This document shows positions 28,061 to 36,402 of a DNA stretch of 64,000 nt, one piece after another (the stretch's first letter is position 1; every line of letters starts with the position of its first letter). A program made the position numbers and the translations under genes. A model generated the notes under the pieces. The model was not told where the DNA came from. It ran no database searches and saw only the letters and a program-made list of their open reading frames with translations. The DNA comes from an uncultured Anaerobiospirillum sp. (GTDB lineage: Bacteria; Pseudomonadota; Gammaproteobacteria; Enterobacterales; Succinivibrionaceae). Location: contig CALXNP010000001.1 in NCBI GenBank assembly GCA_944389785.1, positions 5,270 to 69,269 on the forward strand. The letters are read 5' to 3'.

Positions 28061-30448
28061 TTACTTAATTAAAAAGCCATATTCATAAACTTTAGGTTTT
28101 ATTTCTTCACCTAATAGTCTATGTTTTTCCTTTAAAATATTTAATAGTCTTGTATATTCCTTATCCTCAGATGATACATTTAATCTGCCTTTATCATTTT
28201 TTCCTTGAAAATATGCCCTTATATCGTAATAAGATGCATTAGGATTTGAGTCATTTTGAGAGTGATAGTATATGTATAAATCTCTTGCACTATCTAAAAC
28301 ATCTTGTGCTATAACAGATAAAGTCAAATTTTTTAAAAAATCTGACATGAAATGAGACTCTATCACATCTTTTGTATTTATTTGCGACTCTCTAAAAGGA
28401 ATCCAATGATTTACACAATTTAATACTGATATTTTATTTTGTCCATGAAATAAAATATAAATCAAACAATTGTAACAAAACTTTTTATCAGTCAAAACAT
28501 CATCTTTTGGATATAAAAAATTTTCCCTATCATTATACCAACTTGCAGGTAAACACAATCTAACTGCAAGATATACGCAACTTACTAGCAAATTATCTTT
28601 TGTTATTTGCCAATTATGATTATCTGCTTTAACTATTTGATATGGTTGCTCTATGCGTACAGTTCTTTGATGTTGGAAATCACTTGCAATGGCAATAGCC
28701 GTACCAATTGAATTAGGCTCTTTTTTATGACCTCTATAAATTTTTATCCAATCATTAATTAATTTATAATAATCATAACAAATTAATTGTAATTTACCTA
28801 TATTACTAGCATTCTCATCTAAAATATCAACAAGTGGAAGATACTTATAATTATCTTGACTATCTGCATCAGCTTTCCAGAGTTGAAAAGCTATAGGAAA
28901 ACTACCTTTAACATTATCAAAGGTATAAGCAGGAACCATAAATATTGAACATAATCTTGATTTAAAATTATATCTAAAATCTTTAAAACGAGGTGCTTGA
29001 ATATGCTTTAATGTTGAAAATAATCCAAGTATACAATTTGGAACCTCATTATAAATACGAGCTAGAAACTGAATATATACCTCTCTTTTTGAATATCCCA
29101 TAAAATCAGAGTATTTATTTTGTATTTCAGATATAGCAACATCACTCCGTCCTGTTCCTTTTCGATTATCTGCTTCAGCATATGGAGGATTAATATAAAT
29201 AACTAGCTTTTTACGTTTTTCCTCTGAATTTATAATTTCTTTAAGACCCTCTGGTAAATTATCAAAAGAATCATTTAAGAAATCAAATCTAAACACATGA
29301 GATTCTAATAAATTAGCACCATTTTTGATACGATCTTTCATCACATCAACATCTGCTTGATCAATAGTAGATGCCCAAATATTATATTTATTAGTTAGAC
29401 CATTTAAAAGATTACCAGTGCCCGCACAACAGTCCCAAATAAAATATTCATCCTGCCAATTTTCCCCTAATTCTTTCATTAAATATTCTTGAGATTTTTC
29501 TACCCATATTTGTGGAGTAAAGTAAGAACCCTTTCTTTCTCTAATATCTTGAGGTACAAGCAAATCACGACGATCAATAATATATTGCCAAAAATCTTTG
29601 CGTGGAGGTCGTTTATATATATTCCAAAATTTTTTATGAGCTAACTGATCATCATTAAAGGATGCTTTTGTTACAGCTTCTAACCCATACTCATCAACTT
29701 TTCTGCCAAACTCATAATGATCTGTCTTTAAAAGCACAAATAAAGCATCTTTTAATGTCTCATCCTTTTTAGATAACAAATCAGCTAAATAAAAATCAGC
29801 ATCAATTAAACCTGCTTTTTTAACTAAATCCCACTTTATATTAATAGTAGGTTTTACTTCTTTTAACCATTTAAAATATACTGAAGTAAAATTATTCTTA
29901 GTTATTTCAATCTTTCTAACATTATTTCTGCCTACTATAAAATTATTTTTAATAAAGGCTCTTAATTCTTGATCTTGCGTCTCATAGTTAAAAATTAAAG
30001 AACTACTTTCTAGTTCTTCTTTAACTAAGCCTAGTAAATATTTAAACTCTCTAGTCTTGTGATTAGATGGAGTTACCTGCCAATTAAAATCATTTTTAAT
30101 TAGAACATTTGCTATTAAAGAATAATCAACAAAAGCTATCTTTTCAGCATCAAAAGCCCCTATGAATATAGGTGGTAAAAACTTTTCAAATGTTCTTTCT
30201 CTACCTATTGTTAAAATTAATTGTACAAATGATTCATAGATATCGTGATTAGTACCTTTTTTGGCTTCTGCCCACAAAAAATATTGATCAAAATTATCAA
30301 ATAAATCAACTATACCACCTTTAGTATTAGATTTTAAAATAGCAAAATCAATTCTACCTACCTGTGCCATTCTAAAATCAGCAAAATAATCATCTCTAAC
30401 TTGAATTTTAAGAGTTTCTTCAAGCATTGTGCTACTATATTTTGACAT
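28061..30448 (-). CDS. Type IIG/IIL-like fusion protein: N-terminal PD-ExK-like nuclease motif plus gamma-class N6-adenine methyltransferase plus C-terminal putative target-recognition region
   Basis: MTase motifs occur in gamma order: motif X GSYFTPQIWV, motif I IWDCCAGTGNLL, motif IV VIYINPPYAE, then REVYIQFLARIY. The N-terminus has D34/D48...E61-A-K63 (IDFAIL...VDLFDNFDQYFLWAEAKKG). AAGGA lies 7 nt before the ATG. It sits 33 nt downstream of the preceding ORF with no hairpin between them. Confidence 0.6.
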   Translation of the reverse strand: MSKYSSTMLEETLKIQVRDDYFADFRMAQVGRIDFAILKSNTKGGIVDLFDNFDQYFLWAEAKKGTNHDIYESFVQLILTIGRERTFEKFLPPIFIGAFDAEKIAFVDYSLIANVLIKNDFNWQVTPSNHKTREFKYLLGLVKEELESSSLIFNYETQDQELRAFIKNNFIVGRNNVRKIEITKNNFTSVYFKWLKEVKPTINIKWDLVKKAGLIDADFYLADLLSKKDETLKDALFVLLKTDHYEFGRKVDEYGLEAVTKASFNDDQLAHKKFWNIYKRPPRKDFWQYIIDRRDLLVPQDIRERKGSYFTPQIWVEKSQEYLMKELGENWQDEYFIWDCCAGTGNLLNGLTNKYNIWASTIDQADVDVMKDRIKNGANLLESHVFRFDFLNDSFDNLPEGLKEIINSEEKRKKLVIYINPPYAEADNRKGTGRSDVAISEIQNKYSDFMGYSKREVYIQFLARIYNEVPNCILGLFSTLKHIQAPRFKDFRYNFKSRLCSIFMVPAYTFDNVKGSFPIAFQLWKADADSQDNYKYLPLVDILDENASNIGKLQLICYDYYKLINDWIKIYRGHKKEPNSIGTAIAIASDFQHQRTVRIEQPYQIVKADNHNWQITKDNLLVSCVYLAVRLCLPASWYNDRENFLYPKDDVLTDKKFCYNCLIYILFHGQNKISVLNCVNHWIPFRESQINTKDVIESHFMSDFLKNLTLSVIAQDVLDSARDLYIYYHSQNDSNPNASYYDIRAYFQGKNDKGRLNVSSEDKEYTRLLNILKEKHRLLGEEIKPKVYEYGFLIK

Positions 30449-30481
30449 TAAAAATTCCTTTATATGTTAGCTTTTAAGTAA

Positions 30482-31234
30482 CTATTTAATGATACTAAGC
30501 TCTTTACTAAAGAGCTTTTCATAGAGTTTGATATCATCTACACTATCACACTCAAGCCATAAATCATTAGTTGGCAACACAGTTATCTGTTGTTTAGCTG
30601 CTATAAGTTTTTGTAATAAACTTGTACAATCAAGCTTTAATATTTGCTCATCGGTCATAGTATCAAGTATTTTTTGAGTATTAGCCCAAGAGTTTGGAGT
30701 AAATTTAATAATACCCATGAATTGACCTTGAATACGATCTTTTGTAGTAACTCTTTGACCTATATCAGTAAGCAGCATATTGCTATCAAATTCAAAAGAC
30801 TCTAAATCTTCAAAAGGATTATCACAACGCTGTTCCCATAACTCCCAAAAATGAGCATAAGATGGCAATACTAAATCTTGTGTTGTATTTAATACTTTGG
30901 TAATGACATTAGCTGAAAATACTATATCTGAGTATACAACTAAACAAGTTTCATTTATTAAATATTGTTTAGCTTCAAGTAAAGATCTAACCATATTGCC
31001 TTGATTCCACATGGCATTATGTAATGTTTTTACTTTAACTTTTTGCTCTATTTGTTCTTTTTTATAACCTGTAACTATAACAATATCTTCTTGTTTTATA
31101 TTAGCTTGCTCTAAACTATATAAACATCTATCAAGCAAGCTATGATTTGCAAGTGATACTAAGCACTTTGGTATACTATCTGTTAAATGTAATAACCTAC
31201 TGCCTCTGCCTGCTGCTAAAATAATGATCTTCAT
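30482..31234 (-). CDS. nucleotidyltransferase, Cj1416-like (candidate CTP:phosphoglutamine cytidylyltransferase)
   Basis: N-terminal NTP-transferase signature MKIIILAAGRGSRL...PKCL. 250 aa. Overlaps the upstream amidotransferase-like gene by 4 nt. The functional call rests on operon context. Confidence 0.65.
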   Translation of the reverse strand: MKIIILAAGRGSRLLHLTDSIPKCLVSLANHSLLDRCLYSLEQANIKQEDIVIVTGYKKEQIEQKVKVKTLHNAMWNQGNMVRSLLEAKQYLINETCLVVYSDIVFSANVITKVLNTTQDLVLPSYAHFWELWEQRCDNPFEDLESFEFDSNMLLTDIGQRVTTKDRIQGQFMGIIKFTPNSWANTQKILDTMTDEQILKLDCTSLLQKLIAAKQQITVLPTNDLWLECDSVDDIKLYEKLFSKELSIIK

Positions 31235-31827
31235 AGCTCAAAATGATCCTTAATTAATTTAACATCCAAACAATTACCTAATAATTCACGCTCTGGATGC
31301 CACATTACAGCTTTTAGATTTTCATGACCTATACAAGTTATAGCTTCAATTACCTTATCCTCATTTGAGTGTTTTAAAGCTACTAAAGGAGATTTTAACT
31401 CATATGCACCATAGTTATGATAACTATTAACTACACTGCCATCATCAAGTTCATGACACACACGTACATGATTAATCACAGGATATAAATCAACATTAAA
31501 ATGATCTAAAATTACCTGCATGCCTCGACATACACCTAAAAGCTTAAGATTATGCTCTAAAGCATAATCTATTAAAAAATGCTCTAACTCATCCCTATCT
31601 TTAGTATCACCACCATATTTATATAAGGTATTACCACCTGATAAGATAATACCATCTATCTTAATTTGAGCTAAAAGCTCCTTAGTTAAGATAAGATTAT
31701 TAGGTGCCATAAGAGGTAAAAAGCCACAACGTAATGCTAACTTATACCAATCATGAGCTAAAACATCACGTACCTCTTGTATATCTTTTTTACACTCAAC
31801 TTTTTGTGTAATTAAAATCTTTTTCAT
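31231..31827 (-). CDS. class I glutamine amidotransferase / peptidase C26-like hydrolase, Cj1417-like (candidate gamma-glutamyl-CDP-amidate hydrolase)
   Basis: Nucleophile elbow LLGVCRGMQVI and His-x-Glu MWHPE. 198 aa. 4-nt overlaps on both sides. Confidence 0.7.
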   Translation of the reverse strand: MKKILITQKVECKKDIQEVRDVLAHDWYKLALRCGFLPLMAPNNLILTKELLAQIKIDGIILSGGNTLYKYGGDTKDRDELEHFLIDYALEHNLKLLGVCRGMQVILDHFNVDLYPVINHVRVCHELDDGSVVNSYHNYGAYELKSPLVALKHSNEDKVIEAITCIGHENLKAVMWHPERELLGNCLDVKLIKDHFEL

Positions 31828-34115
31828 AACAGGCTAATTTGCTTATTTCTGCAATCAATTTTTAATGCTTTAGCATTTTTATATTTATTAAATAATTTCT
31901 CGCCCACACCAATAACAGCTGGCAATTCAAATTCTGCAGCCCTAATAGACATATGCGAGTTAGCACCACCATAAGCTGTAATTAAACCAGCGATGTTATG
32001 TGCAAAAATCCAATCATAACCAGGATCTGCTCCATTTATTAAAGCAATCTTGCCACTAATATCACTACATGGCAGCAGTGCAATAGGTGCAGTGACACTT
32101 TTTTGCGTAATGAAATTTGGACTATCATCTTGTAAACTAAAACTATAAACTTGATCGCTGCTATAAATTAAAGGAGGCAAACATATACTAGTTAAAATCT
32201 TATCCTGAGCTTTACCTTGTGCTATAGATTCAAGCAAACATTGCTTAATATCACATATTGAAGAGTTAGTATCTAATAAAGCTCTAATATCAACATAGCT
32301 TAATTCTTCACGACTTAAACCATACTCCTCACCTAATTGAGCTATAAGCTCAATCACATCTGATAAAGTTTTTGTAAAGACAAATTTGGCTAACTCTCTG
32401 CCTTCTATTGCTCCTTTAATAAAATTAAATAAAGATAAAACATCTGTATCTAAATGATGCTCATTAATTAATCTATCTAAAGATGCAATCTGTTCTAAAC
32501 TAAGCTTAAACTTAGTTGTATTTTTTATACTGCTTTCAATACTATTAGCAAAATACTCATCTCCCTTATGATCATAGCGCATTGAACATATATCATAAGT
32601 ACCAGGACGTAAATGACCATACTTCTTATAAAAACTTTGTTTGCTCAAAGTGCTATAATCATGCGACATGTTTTTAGCTACAGTAGATAATTCCCCCATA
32701 AAAGCATCTTTATCAGATTCTGATAAAATACCCACACATACAAGTGAACGAAGCAGTTCAACAGCTATAAAAGCAGCTCTAGCTAAACCTGCAAAAGGTA
32801 AAGTACCATAGCGCTTACAATATTCAAGCAGCCAATAGATTTTTTCACTTACAGGCAAACTACTTTGTAATATACTTAAAGCTTTATTTGAAAGTAACTC
32901 AACCTTACTTCTATCTACAGTCCATAGACCATTACTTTTTATAATAGAATTAGTAAGCTTAAGCAAAGATTGCTTCAAATTAGCTAAATCATCGTGAGTA
33001 AAACTTTTATCTAATCTTTGTAACTTGCTATCAATATCAAAACTATAACAGGTAATAGCAATTTCAAACTCAATTTTATCATGCAGATGGGGATTACTCT
33101 TTAATCTGTCTAAATAAAAATTAACTAATTTTTGTGATAAATCATCAGGTAAATTTTTTGGTACAAAAGAATTAAAGCTAATCCTTGCATCTATATACGG
33201 CATACCATAAAAATCTAACATTAAAGCAAATGAGCGTAAATTTTGATAACCATAATTATCTCTTTGATATGCCCAAACACCATTTGTTATGATTTCTTTA
33301 TATAAACTCAAAGCTAAAGGTTTAGGTCTAATACCTATCATCTCAGCTGGATTCCAATCTGGCATAACACCATAAATAGCATAAGAGCCATATAAATTAG
33401 GATGGGGTTGTGATTGTTGTTTTATCTTATTCTCAATATGACCTAAAATCTTAGTTTGTGTATTAAGATCAAAGATCTTTTGACGCATAACTAAAGGTCT
33501 TACCTGCAACAAATATAACTTTGAGCCCACATAAGCAAATTCAATATCTAAATTAGCTATTTCATACAAAGACTCAAGCTCAGCACAAAGTTTAAGTAAA
33601 GATGAAAATGGCTCACAAATATCTATAGGACTTTGTTTATAATGGTATAAAGTTTTTAAATTACGCCCACTTCCATCAGTTACAGAGCTTGTTGAACCTG
33701 TAGTGTCATCATAATTTAAAACATAATAATTACCACCAGTATTTGGTTCAAGAGTAAAAACTACACCACAAATATCTACATTATTTAGGTAAGGCTGTAT
33801 AAAAAGATAATTCTCTCCTTTAATATCCATAGATTGCTTAACTTGCTCAATAGCTTCATAAAGCTCATCTTTGCTCTGCACATTAGCAATTGATAAAAAC
33901 TTACCTGCATTTGAACAATTTGCTGTATCCTCATTACAAGATGAACTTCTAACTATATAAGGACCACAACCTAACTTATTTATTGTTTGTACATAAATTT
34001 GCTCACAATCGAATTTATCGTTTGTGTTTAAAACAAGCATAGGTAAAACAGTAGCACTTGTTAATTTATCTTGAAGCTCAAGTAGAGTTAAAGCTTTTGA
34101 TTTAAAGGAGAGCAT
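31824..34115 (-). CDS. PEP-utilising/PPDK-type phosphotransferase, Cj1418-like (candidate L-glutamine kinase)
   Basis: 763 aa. N-terminal ATP-grasp-like PPDK_N region (FKSKALTLLEL...) and a C-terminal mobile phospho-His domain (GGANSHMSIRAAEFELPAVIGVG, His at about 721). Confidence 0.7.
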   Translation of the reverse strand: MLSFKSKALTLLELQDKLTSATVLPMLVLNTNDKFDCEQIYVQTINKLGCGPYIVRSSSCNEDTANCSNAGKFLSIANVQSKDELYEAIEQVKQSMDIKGENYLFIQPYLNNVDICGVVFTLEPNTGGNYYVLNYDDTTGSTSSVTDGSGRNLKTLYHYKQSPIDICEPFSSLLKLCAELESLYEIANLDIEFAYVGSKLYLLQVRPLVMRQKIFDLNTQTKILGHIENKIKQQSQPHPNLYGSYAIYGVMPDWNPAEMIGIRPKPLALSLYKEIITNGVWAYQRDNYGYQNLRSFALMLDFYGMPYIDARISFNSFVPKNLPDDLSQKLVNFYLDRLKSNPHLHDKIEFEIAITCYSFDIDSKLQRLDKSFTHDDLANLKQSLLKLTNSIIKSNGLWTVDRSKVELLSNKALSILQSSLPVSEKIYWLLEYCKRYGTLPFAGLARAAFIAVELLRSLVCVGILSESDKDAFMGELSTVAKNMSHDYSTLSKQSFYKKYGHLRPGTYDICSMRYDHKGDEYFANSIESSIKNTTKFKLSLEQIASLDRLINEHHLDTDVLSLFNFIKGAIEGRELAKFVFTKTLSDVIELIAQLGEEYGLSREELSYVDIRALLDTNSSICDIKQCLLESIAQGKAQDKILTSICLPPLIYSSDQVYSFSLQDDSPNFITQKSVTAPIALLPCSDISGKIALINGADPGYDWIFAHNIAGLITAYGGANSHMSIRAAEFELPAVIGVGEKLFNKYKNAKALKIDCRNKQISLL

Positions 34116-34120
34116 TACAC

Positions 34121-34873
34121 TTAGTCCTTCTTTCTTGCAAAATATACTCTAGTAGTGTAAGGCACATCTACAGTATCTTGATAAGATTTATGAATTAAAG
34201 CTGAAATTTGATTGATAATTGAGTTAAATAACTCTGGAGACTGACGGTATAAAGTGCCATGAGACTTCCATCCTTCAATAAAACTATCAACTGCAACCTT
34301 ATGAACTACATGTCCCTCAAGATAACCTACATTATCAAAAAGATTTGAACTTTCAATAACCTTAGTTTGATCTTCACGGCGACTGCCATAATCATAATCT
34401 TTAATATTACTTTTAATAATATCCTCAATTGCTTTTTGTAGTGGATCATCTAAATCTCTATGATTCCACATACATGCAAAATAACCATGACTTTTTAAAA
34501 TACGACTAGATTCTTTAAGTGCAAGTAAACGATCACAAACATTAAAAGATGAGCCAAAAGTTACTAAAGAAAAGGCATTAGACTCCATCTTAGTATCTTC
34601 ACCTACACCTTCAAACCATTGTACATTTTTAAATTCTTTAGTACGCTCTTGACCATTAGCACGCATTGCATCATTTGGCTCAATAGCACAAACTTGTAAA
34701 TCACGTTTTGCTAATTCTAAAGTTAAATGTGCAGCACCTGCACCAACATCACATACCTTATCACCAGCTTTAATTTGTGCAATATCTAAAAGCTTATCTA
34801 TAGCCTCGCTAGCATAATCTGGACGATGTAAATAAGCTTGTGCTAAATTGGTATAATCCCAAACTGTTTTCAT
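34121..34873 (-). CDS. class I SAM-dependent methyltransferase (Cj1419/Cj1420-like)
   Basis: Motif I VCDVGAGAAHLT and post-I acidic CAIEPND. 250 aa. 5-nt gap to the next gene. Confidence 0.75.
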   Translation of the reverse strand: MKTVWDYTNLAQAYLHRPDYASEAIDKLLDIAQIKAGDKVCDVGAGAAHLTLELAKRDLQVCAIEPNDAMRANGQERTKEFKNVQWFEGVGEDTKMESNAFSLVTFGSSFNVCDRLLALKESSRILKSHGYFACMWNHRDLDDPLQKAIEDIIKSNIKDYDYGSRREDQTKVIESSNLFDNVGYLEGHVVHKVAVDSFIEGWKSHGTLYRQSPELFNSIINQISALIHKSYQDTVDVPYTTRVYFARKKD

Positions 34874-34885
34874 TTTAATACCTTT

Positions 34886-35386
34886 TTATTTGCTATTACT
34901 ATAAGTTAAAATTTGAGCAACTAATTGCTCTAATGTATATACCCCATCATTCTCAAGAATAATATCAGGATGTTGAGGCAATTCTACAGCTACATCTATT
35001 CCTGCAACAGAAGCATTTGTAGTACTGTATAAATTTTTTTGATTTCTTTGATATAGAACTTCTCTGCTTACTTTAACATAAATTTCTATATAATTATCAA
35101 TATTAGCTCTGTTCCATGCTCTAACAGCATCAAACATAGAGATAGTACAACAAACAACAATTTGACCTTGACTTGCTAAAAGTTTACATAATCTTGCATT
35201 ACACATAGCTACTTTATATCTATCTTCTTTAGTGTAACCAAAATTATCACCATAAACCTCTCGCAAAGTATCACCATCTAAGAACACTATATTATTATGC
35301 TCTTGCTGCAAGTGTGTATATAACCTATGACCTATGCTGCTTTTACCAGCACCTGCTAAACCTGTAATCCAAAAAACTTGTGCCAT
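34886..35386 (-). CDS. adenylylsulfate-kinase-fold kinase, Cj1415-like (candidate cytidine diphosphoramidate kinase)
   Basis: P-loop GLAGAGKSS and an APS-kinase-like LDGDTLR...GYTKEDR. 166 aa. First gene of the operon. No other sulfate-assimilation gene lies nearby. Confidence 0.72.
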   Translation of the reverse strand: MAQVFWITGLAGAGKSSIGHRLYTHLQQEHNNIVFLDGDTLREVYGDNFGYTKEDRYKVAMCNARLCKLLASQGQIVVCCTISMFDAVRAWNRANIDNYIEIYVKVSREVLYQRNQKNLYSTTNASVAGIDVAVELPQHPDIILENDGVYTLEQLVAQILTYSNSK

Positions 35387-35567
35387 ACTTTTTCTTCTTA
35401 GTTAAAACTATACATATATTACATTGTTATGCTTTTACATACAAGTAAAGCATTTATTATTAATATTTTAAAATCATTTAATATTAAAATAAAATTAACT
35501 AGTTATATACTATGTAAATCTTAGATATAATTAGAACCGTTATTTAAAATGATATATGGAGTCATTT

Positions 35568-35951
35568 ATGAAGATTAAAGCACGTTTTGATCACTTTAAT
35601 ATTAATGTTACAAACCTAGAAAAAAGTATTGAATTTTATCAAAAAGCTCTTGGTTTGCATGAAGCTAAAAGAAAAGAAGCACAAGATGGTTCTTTTACAC
35701 TAGTTTATTTACAAGATGACTATTGCCACTTTATGTTAGAACTTACTTATTTAAAAGATAGAACTGAACCTTATAATTTAGGTGATAATGAAAGTCATAT
35801 TTGCTTTAGAGTTGAAAATGATTATGAAGAGTGCTTTAAATATCATCAACAAATGGGTTGTGTTTGCTATGTAAATGAAAAAATGGGACTTTACTTTATT
35901 CACGATCCTGATGATTATTGGATTGAAATTTTAAAAGTAAAACATGATTAA
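35568..35951 (+). CDS. VOC-family protein (glyoxalase I-like)
   Basis: FDHFNINVTNLEKSIEFYQKALGL resembles the GloA N-terminus, with a C-terminal DPDDYWIEIL. The ATG at 35568 has TGGAG 6 nt upstream. The track start at 35556 overlaps that Shine-Dalgarno. Confidence 0.7.
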   Translation: MKIKARFDHFNINVTNLEKSIEFYQKALGLHEAKRKEAQDGSFTLVYLQDDYCHFMLELTYLKDRTEPYNLGDNESHICFRVENDYEECFKYHQQMGCVCYVNEKMGLYFIHDPDDYWIEILKVKHD

Positions 35952-35975
35952 TTAAGTTAAAAAAGTGACACAAAG

Positions 35976-36018
35976 CGTCCTAGCCTCAGCAGTTTATTCA
36001 ACTTACTGAGGTCAGGAC
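35976..36018. terminator. hairpin between the convergent VOC gene and rbfA
   Basis: GTCCTAGCCTCAG pairs with CTGAGGTCAGGAC (two internal mismatches). A T-run (CCTTTTTT) follows on the plus strand. Confidence 0.5.
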
Positions 36019-36032
36019 AAACTTCACCTTTT

Positions 36033-36398
36033 TTAATCTTTAGCTAAACCTTTAGCTATTAAAGCATCAAGGCGCATACTCTCAGATAAGAGCGCATCAA
36101 AGATAAAATGAATCTCAGGCATATAGCGCATTTTTAAATGTGCGGCTAATTGTGAGCGTACAAAACCTTTGGCTCTTTGTAAAGCTGCCATAGCATCTTT
36201 TACTGCTTGTTCATCATCTGTTAAAAAAGACACATAGATACGTGCATTTTTTAAGTCAGGGCTAACATTTACCTCAGTAACTGTGGCAAATTTAACACGA
36301 GGATCTTTAACCTCATTATTGATGATGTCAGCAGCTTCACGACGTATAGAAGCTGCTACACGCTCTTGTCTTCCAAAACTTTTTTTATTATTTGGCAT
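36033..36398 (-). CDS. rbfA: ribosome-binding factor A
   Basis: Conserved RbfA sequence (RVAASIRREAADIINNEVKDPR) immediately after infB. Confidence 0.9.
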   Translation of the reverse strand: MPNNKKSFGRQERVAASIRREAADIINNEVKDPRVKFATVTEVNVSPDLKNARIYVSFLTDDEQAVKDAMAALQRAKGFVRSQLAAHLKMRYMPEIHFIFDALLSESMRLDALIAKGLAKD

Positions 36399-36402
36399 AA
36401 AC

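Larger units (their letters stand above)
28032..35413 (-). other. putative inserted six-gene cassette bounded by an imperfect direct repeat
   Basis: TCTTAAGTTAAAAATATAC (28032-28050) and TCTTAGTTAAAACTATAC (35396-35413) bracket exactly the six co-directional ORFs 28061-35386. They differ by one indel and one mismatch. No integrase or transposase is present. Confidence 0.35.

Noticed and set aside
35034-35040. T7/A7 homopolymer inside the kinase gene as a phase-variation switch, by analogy with poly-G tracts in C. jejuni MeOPN genes
   Set aside because: Runs of 7 A/T are frequent throughout this AT-rich window, so nothing marks this one as a contingency locus.
34886-35386. Annotating the first operon gene as cysC (sulfate assimilation)
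   Set aside because: No cysD, cysN or cysH lies nearby. Instead it heads an operon whose other members match the Cj1416-Cj1419 family set, so the Cj1415-like (cytidine diphosphoramidate kinase) interpretation fits better. This remains unproven.
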